NCBI GenBank assembly: GCA_963761335.1
Contig: CAVXGR010000021.1
Span: forward strand, 160,001 to 224,000
DNA from: an uncultured delta proteobacterium
GTDB lineage: Bacteria; Desulfobacterota; Binatia; HRBIN30; BPIQ01
Length of the DNA: 64,000 nt
Direction of reading: 5' to 3'
Part shown: in pieces, positions 45,864 to 55,614 of the stretch
How positions within the stretch are numbered: position 1 is the stretch's first letter
How the letters are laid out: each line of letters starts with the position of its first letter
Made by a program: the position numbers and the translations under genes
The notes under the pieces: model-generated
What the model was told of the DNA's origin: nothing
The model's input: the letters and a program-made list of their open reading frames with translations, nothing else
Databases searched by the model: none

Positions 45864-47381
45864 ATGCACCCGCTGCGCTTCTCGATTCTCCTCCTGGCGT
45901 TCTCCCTGATGGCGACCCTCGCGGCTCCCGCGGAGCATCCGCCGGGCTGCGCCGATATGGCGGGGACGGTGAGCCGCGCGCTGATGGAGCGTCCCCTGGG
46001 CCTGACGGACGCCGCCGGGCACATGCATCAGCAGGTCAGCACCAGATCGGCTGAGGCGCAGGCCTACTACGATCAGGGCATCGCCTTTCTGAGCTCGTAC
46101 GTCTGGATCGAGGCGGCGCGCTCCTTCAATGAGGCGCTCCGCCGCGATCCCGATCTGGCGATGGCGCATCTCGGCCTCGCCAAGGCCTACTACGGGGCGC
46201 AGTCGTCTGCGGATGCCTGGGACCATCTGCGCCGCGCCCAGGCGCTGGCGGCGACGACTCCTGTTACCGCCAAGGAGAGGGCATGGATCGCCCTTGGCGT
46301 GCAGCAGATGGAGGCGATCGAGGCACCGGAGGACAAACGGGAGGAGAAGCATCGCGCCTACAAGCGCGCCATCGAGGCCCTCATTCAGATGGATCCGTCC
46401 GACGCCCATGCCTGGGTGCTGCGCGGCAACGCCGAAGAGGCCGGTGCCTGGGGGCGCGGCCAGGCGGGGGGGGTGGCCTCGATTGCCTTCTACGAAACGG
46501 CGCTGCAGCGCGACCCGCACGATCTGGCGGCGCACCACTACCTGGTGCATTCGTACGAGAACATCGGCGACTACGCCCGCGCCGCGGAGCACGGCCGGGC
46601 CTACGCCGAGGCGGCCCCGGGGGTGGGCCACGCCCAGCACATGTACGCGCACGTGCTGCCGCGACTGGGCCGTTGGCAGGAGGCGCTCGAGCAGCTCCTC
46701 AAGGCCGATCGCGTCGAGAGGGAATGGTATGCCCGCGAGGACATCGCCCCGGGCGAGGACTGGCATCACGGCCACAATCTCCACCTTCTCGGGGTCGTCT
46801 ACGCCCACCTCGGCCGCGACGCCGATGCCGAGAAGGCGCTGCGCGAGGCCTTCGCGCTGCCGCCGCGGGGAATGTTCGCCGGCGTCTACGGCAGTCCGTT
46901 TGTGCAGTACCTGCTCGTGCGCCAGCGCTGGAACGAGGCGTTGCAGGCGGCGCAGCAGCTGGAGAAGGAGCCCTCGGCGTTTGCCCATCTCGCCGGTGCG
47001 GCTCTCGCCGGCGAGGCGCAGCTCGGGCTCGGTCGCCGCGGCGATGCCGCGCAGAGCCTGGCGCGGGCGCAGCGCGCCCAGGCAGCTCTGCTGCAGGAGG
47101 TGAAGGATACTCCCTACGAGGGGTTCGTGCCCGGCTACGCCGGCCCCTACGTGGAAACGCTCGCCGGCGAGCTCGCTCTGGGCGGTGCCGCCGCCGCCGC
47201 CGGCGAGAAGCAGCTGCTGTCGATGGCCGATGCGATCTCGTCGAGCCCGCGGCTCGACGCCTGGGCCGACGGATTGTTCCGCCTGCAGCGGGTTGCCGCC
47301 GCCGCGGCGCGCGCCGGCCGCCTGCCGCTGGCCGCCGCCATCCGCGAGCGCATTCGCCGCATCGATCCGGCTGCAAAGTAG
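45864..47381 (+). CDS. Secreted His-rich TPR-repeat protein
   Basis: Signal peptide; AQAYYDQG..EAARSF..DP..AMAH; HHYLVH, HAQHMYAH, HHGHNLH. Confidence 0.85.
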   Translation: MHPLRFSILLLAFSLMATLAAPAEHPPGCADMAGTVSRALMERPLGLTDAAGHMHQQVSTRSAEAQAYYDQGIAFLSSYVWIEAARSFNEALRRDPDLAMAHLGLAKAYYGAQSSADAWDHLRRAQALAATTPVTAKERAWIALGVQQMEAIEAPEDKREEKHRAYKRAIEALIQMDPSDAHAWVLRGNAEEAGAWGRGQAGGVASIAFYETALQRDPHDLAAHHYLVHSYENIGDYARAAEHGRAYAEAAPGVGHAQHMYAHVLPRLGRWQEALEQLLKADRVEREWYAREDIAPGEDWHHGHNLHLLGVVYAHLGRDADAEKALREAFALPPRGMFAGVYGSPFVQYLLVRQRWNEALQAAQQLEKEPSAFAHLAGAALAGEAQLGLGRRGDAAQSLARAQRAQAALLQEVKDTPYEGFVPGYAGPYVETLAGELALGGAAAAAGEKQLLSMADAISSSPRLDAWADGLFRLQRVAAAAARAGRLPLAAAIRERIRRIDPAAK

Positions 47382-47404
47382 AAGCGGCGCTCCCTCCCCG
47401 TCTT

Positions 47405-47499
47405 TGGCGGAAAGGGGAGGGAGTCGAACCCTCCATCCCGCGCAAGCGGGACGACGCGGTTTTGAAGACCGGCCGGGCCACCGGGCCCGTTCCCTCTCC
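47405..47499 (-). tRNA. selC: tRNA-Sec (anticodon UCA)
   Basis: 95 nt; 8-bp acceptor stem GGAGAGGG/CCCTTTCC, 6-bp D stem with 4-nt loop, CTTCAAA anticodon loop, long variable arm, GAGGG-TTCGACT-CCCTC T arm, GCCA end. Confidence 0.95.
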
Positions 47500-47523
47500 A
47501 CACGCTGGCGCAGAGACTCGAGG

Positions 47524-47557
47524 AGACTAGGAGAACGGCGCCGGGAGTCAACCCGGC
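47524..47557 (-). promoter_or_regulatory. Sigma70 promoter of selC (TTGACT-N16-TAGTCT)
   Basis: -35 at 47546-47551, flanked by GCCGGG/CCCGGC; -10 at 47524-47529. Confidence 0.62.
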
Positions 47558-47808
47558 AGACGATCGGCCATGTGGTCTATCTCTGCTGGTGGTAAACAGT
47601 TTTGTGCAGCTGCTGACAGCTCGATGACGACCTTTCGGGAGATGCCACGCCGCCCCCTTGAGCTGTCCGTCGCCAGGGCTCTGGCATGCTCCGTGCGATA
47701 TCGTAGGCACGAATGGACAGCCATGTCGCCCCGCGAGCACTCACGAGCGATCCGCGAATCTGCCGCTGTGCAGGAAGCCCATAAGAACCACGGGGGTTCA
47801 GCAGAATC

Positions 47809-49869
47809 ATGACCCAAACCAACATTCTGGTCGTCGAAGACGAAGGGATCACCGCACGGGATCTGCAGATGCGTCTGAACCGTCTCGGCTATGGGGTGAC
47901 GGGGCTGGCGCACAGCGCCGAGGAGGCCATCGCCTGCGCCGCGGAGACCCATCCGGATCTGGTGCTCATGGACATCGGGCTGCCGGGCAAGATGGACGGT
48001 GTCGAGGCCGCCGCAATGCTGCGGTCCCGGTTCGGCATTCCGGTCACCTACCTCACGGCGCACTCGGATGAGGAGACCCTCGAGCGGGCCCGGGCGACCT
48101 CCCCCTACGGATTCGTACTGAAGCCGTTTGAGGAGCGGGAGCTGCACGCCACCATCCAGATGGCGATGCGCCGGCACCGCGTCGAGAAGGACGCGGAGGA
48201 GGCGCACCGCTGGCTCGCCGCGATTCTCTCTTCGATCGAGGACGGCGTCATTGCCACGCATCAGCGGGGCGGGATCTGCTTCATGAATCCGGTTGCCGAG
48301 GCGCTGACTGGCTGGACGCAGAGAGATGCCCTGGGCCGCGGCATTGGCGAGGTGCTCTGCGTCGCTTCCGATGCCGGCGGCATGCTGCCGGTGCCGGCGG
48401 CGGGCGACGCGGATGCGCACCGCTCCTGGGAGACCGAGATCATCTCCCGGGACGGCCACCGCCTGGAAGTCGAGGCGAGCGTCGCGGTCGTGCGCGAGGA
48501 GGACGGCGAGGCGGGAGGGTTGGTGTGGGCGTTCCGCGACATTCGCCGCCGCAAGCGGGCAGAGGCGAGCCTGAAGCGGCGTGCCGAGGTCTCCGCGGCT
48601 CTGGCGCGCGTCAGCCGCGAGGTGATCGGCTCGCTCGACAGCCGCGCGCTGCTCGAAAATCTCTGCCGAGTCACCACGGCGGTGATGCACTGCGATTTCA
48701 GCCATACCTGGCTGTGGAACCCCGAGGAACGGGTCTACGAGGCAGTGGCTGGGTCCGGCGAGCACGGCGAGCAGTGGGAATCGATCCAGGCGCTGAAGAT
48801 CCCGCGCGCCCTGGTCGCCGACCTGGCCGAGCGTCTGGAGTGCGACGGTATTGCCGAGATTCGCTCCACCGATCCGCAAAACCTGGTCCCCGCGGCGCTG
48901 CCGCTGCGATATGGCGTCTCCGTGGCCATGTACATCGCCCTGCGCCGGGGGGGAGAGATGATCGGCATTCAGATGGTCGGCTTCAGCGGCCACGAGCAGC
49001 GGTTCTCGAAATCGCAGCATCACATCGCCGTGGGCATCGGGCAGCTGGGCTCTCTGGCCCTGGAGCACGCCCGGCTGAGGGAGGAGGTCGACTGGACCAG
49101 TCGACTGAAGTCCGACTTCATGGCGACGCTCTCGCACGAGCTGCGCCAGCCGCTGAACGTGGCGATGCTCAACACGCAGCTGCTGCTCGAGAATGGGTGC
49201 GGCGCGCTGAACGCCCAGCAGGCGGCCTCGATTCGCTCGCTCCACGAGCGGCTGCAGCGCATGGAGGAGCTGATTCACGAGACCCTCGACCTGAGCCGGC
49301 TCGAGCGGCAGAGGCAAATTCCGATCAATACGAGCGAGGTTCGGGTTTCCGATCTGCTGGCGCTCATCGCCGCCGACATCGGCGACACCTGGAGCAAGCC
49401 CGCAGTGGAGGTGCAGTGGCGCGTCGAGGACGAGGTGCCGGCGCTGCTCACCGACGCGGTGAAGCTGAAGGTGGTGATCAAGAACCTGGTGGTGAACGCG
49501 CTGAAGTACACCGACAGCGGCACGGTAGCGGTGACGGCCCGGCCCTGCGCCGAGGGGTGCGAGTTCGAGATCCGCGACACCGGCAGCGGCATCGCGCCCG
49601 AAGCGCACGCCGGCATCTTCGAGCCCTTTTGCCAGTACAACCCCGATCATCCGAGCACCTCGGAGGGTGTCGGCCTGGGACTCTACATCGTGCGCCGCAT
49701 GCTCGAGCTGCTCGGCGGCTCGATCGAGCTGCAGAGCGAGGTCGGATGCGGCTCCACCTTCCGCGTGCGGGTGCCGCGGCGGATTCCCGGTTCGCGTCGG
49801 TGGAGCGGCGGCTTCGATCCGGTGGAGGGCTGCGGGCGGCCCTTGGCGCCGATCTCCGTGGCCCGCTGA
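47809..49869 (+). CDS. Hybrid sensor kinase REC-PAS-GAF-HisKA-HATPase
   Basis: ILVVEDE..DLVLMDI..KPF; SIEDGVI..MNP.AE.LTG; SHELRQPL; NALKYT, DTGSGI, GLGL. Confidence 0.93.
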   Translation: MTQTNILVVEDEGITARDLQMRLNRLGYGVTGLAHSAEEAIACAAETHPDLVLMDIGLPGKMDGVEAAAMLRSRFGIPVTYLTAHSDEETLERARATSPYGFVLKPFEERELHATIQMAMRRHRVEKDAEEAHRWLAAILSSIEDGVIATHQRGGICFMNPVAEALTGWTQRDALGRGIGEVLCVASDAGGMLPVPAAGDADAHRSWETEIISRDGHRLEVEASVAVVREEDGEAGGLVWAFRDIRRRKRAEASLKRRAEVSAALARVSREVIGSLDSRALLENLCRVTTAVMHCDFSHTWLWNPEERVYEAVAGSGEHGEQWESIQALKIPRALVADLAERLECDGIAEIRSTDPQNLVPAALPLRYGVSVAMYIALRRGGEMIGIQMVGFSGHEQRFSKSQHHIAVGIGQLGSLALEHARLREEVDWTSRLKSDFMATLSHELRQPLNVAMLNTQLLLENGCGALNAQQAASIRSLHERLQRMEELIHETLDLSRLERQRQIPINTSEVRVSDLLALIAADIGDTWSKPAVEVQWRVEDEVPALLTDAVKLKVVIKNLVVNALKYTDSGTVAVTARPCAEGCEFEIRDTGSGIAPEAHAGIFEPFCQYNPDHPSTSEGVGLGLYIVRRMLELLGGSIELQSEVGCGSTFRVRVPRRIPGSRRWSGGFDPVEGCGRPLAPISVAR

Positions 49870-49876
49870 ACGCGCC

Positions 49877-52591
49877 TCAGTCGAGCGGCGCTACCCGCAT
49901 GCGGCCGTCGACGGCGACGGCGCCCTTGCCCGGGGCGAGGATCTTCACGGGGTTGAGATCGATCTCGCGAATCTCCGGCACCACCTCGACCAGCGCCGAG
50001 ACGCGCGTGATCACCTCGATGAATGCCTGGCGGTCGCCCGGCGGTGCGCCGCGGTAGCCGTCGAGCAGGCGGGCGGCGCGCAGCTTGTCGATCATCGCCT
50101 CGGCCTCGACGTCGGTGACCGGTGGCAGGCCGAAGGACACGTCGCGCAGCAGCTCGACGAGAACGCCGCCGAGACCGCAGACGAGAAGCGGTCCGAACGT
50201 CGAGTCGGTGGTGACGCCGACCAGCGCTTCGATGCCGCCGCTGATCTGGCGTTGCAGCAGCACGCCGTCGAGATGCGTGCCGATGCTCTTCATGCGCTGC
50301 TCCAGCGTGTCGACTGCCGCCGCCACCGTCTCGGGGGAGACCAGGTCCATGATGACGCCGCCCACGTCGCTCTTGTGCAGCACCCCGGGGGCGATCGCCT
50401 TGGCCACCAGCGGATAGCCCATGCGCTCCGCGGTGGCCACCGCCTCCGCCGGCAGTGTCTGCTCCGCGGTCGCCATGTGGATGCCGGCGATGCGCAGCAG
50501 GATGGCCAGGTCGCTCGGCGCCACCCAGCGCGCCGCGCCGGCGGCGTGCGCGTCGCCGGCGAGAATGCGCTCGATGACACGCCGCGCCGCCTGGCGCGAG
50601 AAGTCGTCGAGCTCGCGTGCCGCAGTGCGCGGCTTCGTTTTCCAGCGGCCGTACCATTCGGCCCGCGACAGCGCCAAGGCGGCGTTCTCGGGAAAGCTGT
50701 ACGAGGGCAGGCGCCCGCGCGGCCCGGTGGAGAGCATGTGCGGCGCTCCCTTGGAGGAGATGAACACGGTCAGCACCGGCTTGTGGGGCGGTACGGCGGC
50801 GGCGCCACGAGCAATGGCAGCGGCGATCTCCTCGGGGCGGCTGACCATCGGCGGGATGTAGATCACCACCAGTGAATCGACGACCGCATCCTGTCCGACG
50901 GCGGTGATGGCGCGCTCGTATTGCTCCGGCGTCGCCGAGGCGATCATGTCGATCGGGTTTGCCAGCCCTGCGGTCGCCGGCAGGAAGGAGCGCAGCGTCG
51001 CCAGCGTCGGCGGGGTCAGCTCCGGGAGCTCCAGTCCCTGCGCCTCGCAGGCGTCGGCGAGGAGAATCCCCGGGCCGCCGGCGTTGGTGACCACGCCGAC
51101 GCGACGGCCGCCGGGAATCGGTTGCGTCGACAGCAGGGCGGCGATGTCGAAGAGCTCCTCGAGCGTGTTCGTGCGGATGACGCCGGCCTGCTCGAAGAGC
51201 GCGTCGACGGCGACGTCGAGGCTCGCCAGCGCCGCCGAGTGGCTGGAAGCGGCGCGGGAGCCGGCGGCGGAGCGGCCGGACTTGACGGCGACGATCGGTG
51301 TGCGCCGCGCCACCTGCGGGGCGATACGCGCGAAGCGGCGCGGGTTGCCGAAGCTCTCGAGGTACATGAGGATCACCTCGGTGCGCGGGTCGTCCGACCA
51401 GTAGGCGAGCATGTCGTTGCCGGAGACGTCCGCCTTGTTGCCCACCGAGACGAAGTTGGAGATGCCGAGGTTGAGGCCGTGCACGTAGTCGAGTATCGCC
51501 AGGCCGAGGGCGCCGCTCTGCGAGAGCATGCCGATGTTGCCGGCGGGCGGCCAGTTGGGCGCGAAGGTGGCGTTCATCGAGATCGCCGGATCGGTGTTGA
51601 GAATGCCCATGCAATTGGGGCCGATCATGCGCATGCCGGCACCGCGCACCAGCGCCGTGAGTCGCTGCTGGAGCGCGCGGCCCTCGGGGGAGACCTCGGC
51701 AAATCCGGCGGAGATGACCACCACGCCGCGCACCTGGGCGTGCGCGCAGTCGGCGATGGCGCCTTCCACGGCGGCGGCGGGGACGGCGATGACGGCGAGG
51801 TCGACCGGGGCACCCACGGCGCTGACCGAGGGAAAGGCGCGCACTCCGTCGATCTCCGTCGCCTTCGGGTTGACGGGGTAGATGGGGCCGGTGAAGCCGT
51901 TTCTCCGCAGGTTGCTGAGGATCGCGGCGCCGATGGTGCCGGCGTGGCGCGAGGCGCCGATCACGGCCACGGAGCGCGGGTTGAGCATGTTGCGGATGCT
52001 CTGCGCCGCGGCTTGCAGCTCGCGCGCCTCGCTGGAGACGCGCGCCTTCTCGGTCTCGCGCGTGGGAAAGGACACGTGCACCACGCCGCCATCGATCGAA
52101 CGCTGGACGGTGAAGCCGCTGGCGGCGAAGACGTCGAGCATCTGGTTGTTGTCGCCCAGCACCTCGGCCTCGAACTCGGTGATGCCGTTGCCGCGGGCGA
52201 TGGCGGCCAGATGGCTGAGCAGCAGCGTACCGATGCCGCGGCCCTGGTACTCGTCGGCCACCGCGAAGGCGACCTCGGCCCGCTGCGGCGCGCCTTCGTC
52301 GGTGCGCGCAATGTAGCGGCCGACGCCGATCAGGCGTTCCTCCCCGTCCTGCAACAGGGTGGCCACCAGGGCGACGTGGTGCACGAAGTCGAGCTCCGTG
52401 AAGCGCACCAGCTCCTCGTCGGTCAGCCGCCGCTTCATGCCGAAGAAGCGGTAGTACACCGAGCGCTGGCTCAGCCGTTGGAAATGGTCGACCAGGCGCT
52501 CCTTGTCGTCGGGCCGGATGGCGCGAATGTGAATCGATCCGCCGTCGCGCAGAATCTCCTCGACGGCGTAGCTACGGGCGTCGCTGCTCAC
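49877..52591 (-). CDS. GNAT-acyl-CoA synthetase (NDP-forming) fusion, Pat-type protein acetyltransferase
   Basis: N-terminal GNAT (YQGRGIG); GPNCMG, SQSG, SVGNKAD, NAGGPG, HKSDVGGV, DLNP. Confidence 0.92.
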   Translation of the reverse strand: MSSDARSYAVEEILRDGGSIHIRAIRPDDKERLVDHFQRLSQRSVYYRFFGMKRRLTDEELVRFTELDFVHHVALVATLLQDGEERLIGVGRYIARTDEGAPQRAEVAFAVADEYQGRGIGTLLLSHLAAIARGNGITEFEAEVLGDNNQMLDVFAASGFTVQRSIDGGVVHVSFPTRETEKARVSSEARELQAAAQSIRNMLNPRSVAVIGASRHAGTIGAAILSNLRRNGFTGPIYPVNPKATEIDGVRAFPSVSAVGAPVDLAVIAVPAAAVEGAIADCAHAQVRGVVVISAGFAEVSPEGRALQQRLTALVRGAGMRMIGPNCMGILNTDPAISMNATFAPNWPPAGNIGMLSQSGALGLAILDYVHGLNLGISNFVSVGNKADVSGNDMLAYWSDDPRTEVILMYLESFGNPRRFARIAPQVARRTPIVAVKSGRSAAGSRAASSHSAALASLDVAVDALFEQAGVIRTNTLEELFDIAALLSTQPIPGGRRVGVVTNAGGPGILLADACEAQGLELPELTPPTLATLRSFLPATAGLANPIDMIASATPEQYERAITAVGQDAVVDSLVVIYIPPMVSRPEEIAAAIARGAAAVPPHKPVLTVFISSKGAPHMLSTGPRGRLPSYSFPENAALALSRAEWYGRWKTKPRTAARELDDFSRQAARRVIERILAGDAHAAGAARWVAPSDLAILLRIAGIHMATAEQTLPAEAVATAERMGYPLVAKAIAPGVLHKSDVGGVIMDLVSPETVAAAVDTLEQRMKSIGTHLDGVLLQRQISGGIEALVGVTTDSTFGPLLVCGLGGVLVELLRDVSFGLPPVTDVEAEAMIDKLRAARLLDGYRGAPPGDRQAFIEVITRVSALVEVVPEIREIDLNPVKILAPGKGAVAVDGRMRVAPLD

Positions 52592-55032
52592 TCGCCACTC
52601 TTGCCGTTCGCCGGCGCCGCCGCCGGCGGGCGGGCGAAATCGCGAAGCCGCTCCGCCAGAGCCCGCAGGTGCGCGGACGCCTTGAAATGGATCGAGCCCT
52701 CCTGGGCGACGTCGCCGGCGTCGACGCCGGTGAGCAGCGACAGCGCCTCGTCCACGGTGCGCACCGGGTAGACGTGGAAACGGCCGCTGCGCACCGCCTC
52801 GACGATCTCGGGGCGCAGCACCAGGTTGTCGACGTTCTGCACCGGAATGACGACCCCCTGCCGGCCGGTGAGACCGACGGCGCGGCAGACGTGAAAGAAG
52901 CCCTCGACCTTCTCGTTGACGCCGCCGATCGGCTGCACCTCTCCGAACTGATTGATGCTGCCGGTGATCGCCAGGTCCTGGCGCAGCGGCACGCCGCTCA
53001 CGCTGGAGATCAGCGCCAGCGCCTCGGCGGCGGAGGCGCTGTCACCGTCGATTCCGGTGTAGGACTGCTCGAAGGAGAGACTCGCCGAGAGGCTCAGGGG
53101 AAAGTCCTGGGCATACATCTGCCGCAGATATCCGGTGATGATGAGCACCGCCTTGTCGTACGACTTGCCGCTCATCTTCGCCTCGCGATCGACGGCGATG
53201 ACTCCCTGGGCTCCCATGGACACCGCCGCGGTGATGCGTGAGGGGCGGCCGAAGCTGTAGCCGCCGATGTCGAGCACCGCCAGGCCGTTCACCTGCCCGA
53301 TGCGCGTGCCGTCGACATCGACGAGGAGGACTCGGTCGCGGATGAGCTCGCGGATCTTCGCTTCGACGCGGTCGAGCCGGTAGATTTGCTGCTCGATGGC
53401 TTCCTGCACGTCCTCGACGGCGACCTGGGCGTGCTCGTGACGGCGCGCCCAGAAGGCGGACTCGCGCATGGTGTCGGCGAGCTCGGACCATTGGCTGGGC
53501 AGCTTGCGGCGGTCGCCGACGTCGCGGGCGGCGCTCTCCAGGAGGCGGGCCACCGCCGCCGCGGTGAACGGGGGCATGGACTCCTCGCGAGCGATGCGCG
53601 CCACCTGGGCAATGAAGTTGCGGCGCGCCTCATCGCCTTCGGCCTCGAAGCCGAAGTCGGCGCGCACCTTGAAGATCTCGCGAAAGCTCTCGTCGTAGAA
53701 GTAGAGCAGCTGAAAGATCTCCGTCGGGCCGGTGAGCACCACGCGCGTATCGATGGTCATCAGCTCCGGCTTCAGCGCCGAGGTGGTGAACAGGGCCAGC
53801 GGATCGTAGGTTTCGATCTCCAGACGACCGGTCTTCAGGCACTGGCGCAGAGCCCGCCATACCAGCGGCTCGGAGAGCGCGTCGACGACATTGACGACGA
53901 GGCAGCCGCCATGGGCCCGCAGCAGGGAGCCGGCAGTGACGCGCGTGAAGTTGGTCACCAGTTTGCCGGAGCGGTCCACCATGCGCTCGACGGCGCCGAA
54001 GATGTTGCGATAGGTGGGCGACGACTCGACGATGATCGGCGCTCCCTTGCTCTGGCCGTTGTCGACCAGAACGTTCACCTGGTAGTCGACCAGGTCGTCC
54101 TCTGCCGTGGGGCCGGCGAACAGGAACGGCATCGCCGGCGCTTGCGGCCGCTGCTCGCGGAAGGCCTCGAGGTTGTCGATGATGTGGTCGCGCACTTCGG
54201 CGAGATAGGTGCGCACCTCGTCGTGCGGAAAGCGCTCGATGAGCTCCTCGATCAGGGGGTTGACGATCTCCTGCGCGACGCGCCGCTCGGCCGCCTTCAC
54301 CTCGCGGGTCATGCGGCCCATCAGCGAGCGGTGCTGGCGCATGACGGCCTTCACCTCGCGGCTGAGCTCCCGCTGGCGGCGGCGCATATCGGCCTGCTCC
54401 TCCTCGCTCAGCTTCTCGAGGTCGCCCGGCTCCATCGGCCGGCCTTCCTTGTTGAGCGGGATGTAGAGAATTTGCCCGTCCTGCCCCGGCTGTAGGGCGA
54501 AGCCCGCCTGGCGCGCCTGCTCGCCGAGCTTGCGGTTGATCTCCTCTCCCTGCTGGCCGTATTGCTCCGAGAGCCGCTCCTTCTCCTCCTCGAAGGTTTC
54601 CTCGCGGAAGGTCTCTGGCAGCACGCGCTTGAGCTCCTCGACCAGGCCGCGCATGTCGTTGCGCAGGCGAGCTCCCCAGCCGGCGGGGAGATAGACGGCG
54701 CGCGGCCGGTCCGGGTTGAGGAAGTTCTGCACCAGGGCCCGATCGCCGGGCGTCGGCTGACCGGCGGAGAAGCCGCGCAGCAGCTCGGCGAGGACCTGGT
54801 CGCGGTGGGTTCCGGTGAGCCCGCAGACGAAGATGTTGTAGCCGGCGTGGCGCACTTGCAGCCCGAGCTCGAGGGCGGCGAGGGCGCGCTCCTGTCCGAT
54901 CCAGTGGCCATCCCCGCTGATCTCGTCGGTGGTCTGGAATCCCAGAGCCGCAACGTCGACCGCCAGGGTCAGCTCCGACGGGGTGAGCTCGCGTGCGGGC
55001 GCCGCTGGGTGCATGCCTTCCTCCGTGGTCAT
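52588..55032 (-). CDS. LonC/LonB-like protease (AAA-like plus Lon proteolytic domain)
   Basis: IGQERA, GQVNGL, FEQSY..IDGDSAS (Ser), GGVNEK (Lys). Confidence 0.92.
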   Translation of the reverse strand: MTTEEGMHPAAPARELTPSELTLAVDVAALGFQTTDEISGDGHWIGQERALAALELGLQVRHAGYNIFVCGLTGTHRDQVLAELLRGFSAGQPTPGDRALVQNFLNPDRPRAVYLPAGWGARLRNDMRGLVEELKRVLPETFREETFEEEKERLSEQYGQQGEEINRKLGEQARQAGFALQPGQDGQILYIPLNKEGRPMEPGDLEKLSEEEQADMRRRQRELSREVKAVMRQHRSLMGRMTREVKAAERRVAQEIVNPLIEELIERFPHDEVRTYLAEVRDHIIDNLEAFREQRPQAPAMPFLFAGPTAEDDLVDYQVNVLVDNGQSKGAPIIVESSPTYRNIFGAVERMVDRSGKLVTNFTRVTAGSLLRAHGGCLVVNVVDALSEPLVWRALRQCLKTGRLEIETYDPLALFTTSALKPELMTIDTRVVLTGPTEIFQLLYFYDESFREIFKVRADFGFEAEGDEARRNFIAQVARIAREESMPPFTAAAVARLLESAARDVGDRRKLPSQWSELADTMRESAFWARRHEHAQVAVEDVQEAIEQQIYRLDRVEAKIRELIRDRVLLVDVDGTRIGQVNGLAVLDIGGYSFGRPSRITAAVSMGAQGVIAVDREAKMSGKSYDKAVLIITGYLRQMYAQDFPLSLSASLSFEQSYTGIDGDSASAAEALALISSVSGVPLRQDLAITGSINQFGEVQPIGGVNEKVEGFFHVCRAVGLTGRQGVVIPVQNVDNLVLRPEIVEAVRSGRFHVYPVRTVDEALSLLTGVDAGDVAQEGSIHFKASAHLRALAERLRDFARPPAAAPANGKSGE

Positions 55033-55039
55033 GCGGCCG

Positions 55040-55408
55040 TCAGCGCTGCCGCAGGCTGACGCGGATGCGCAGCACGTGGTCCTCGAAGCGCGCCTCGACG
55101 GAGCCGACCTCGGCGTGCTCGGGCAGGAGAAAGGAGTGGCGCATGAGCTCGCCCTCGACCGCGGTGGTCTCTCCCGCGTGGCTCGTGCGCGCCGTGCGGC
55201 GGCGCACGGCCACCACCAGGTTGCGGCCCTCGATGGTCAGCGCCAGGTCGTTCTGTCCCGCGCCCGGAAGGGGGATCTCCGCCTCCCAGCCGATGGACTC
55301 GCCCGTACCCCAGCCGCGCGGCCGCGGGCGAAGCGGCTGGCCCCACGGGTCGTGGACTAGCTCGTCGAACAGCCGGTTGATTTCGTCGATGAATCTCGGC
55401 AGCGACAC
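55040..55408 (-). CDS. Hsp20/alpha-crystallin-like small heat-shock protein
   Basis: EINRLFD..; LPG..; HSFLLP...VEARFEDHVLRIRV; start inferred at GTG. Confidence 0.78.
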   Translation of the reverse strand: MSLPRFIDEINRLFDELVHDPWGQPLRPRPRGWGTGESIGWEAEIPLPGAGQNDLALTIEGRNLVVAVRRRTARTSHAGETTAVEGELMRHSFLLPEHAEVGSVEARFEDHVLRIRVSLRQR

Positions 55409-55614
55409 GATCGGTTTCCCTGACACAGACGCTCGCGGCCTCCTTGTAGCACACGCCGACCGGGCGACAAGGCGGAGAGCCGCCGCGCCTGCTCGGCGGA
55501 ATCGCGCCCCGCGCAGCGCTGCGCGCAATCGCAATCTTCGCGACCCCTCACCTCAATATTGTTGCAGGCGGCCGACGGTTCTGACTATATCTCGTATTTC
55601 CGGGGCGATTGAAC

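Noticed and set aside
44097..47430. Genomic island integrated at selC
   Set aside because: No integrase and no duplicated tRNA 3' end found by eye; composition matches the flanks
55446..55472. CIRCE element upstream of hsp20
   Set aside because: Only the first half resembles TTAGCACTC; the second half does not match
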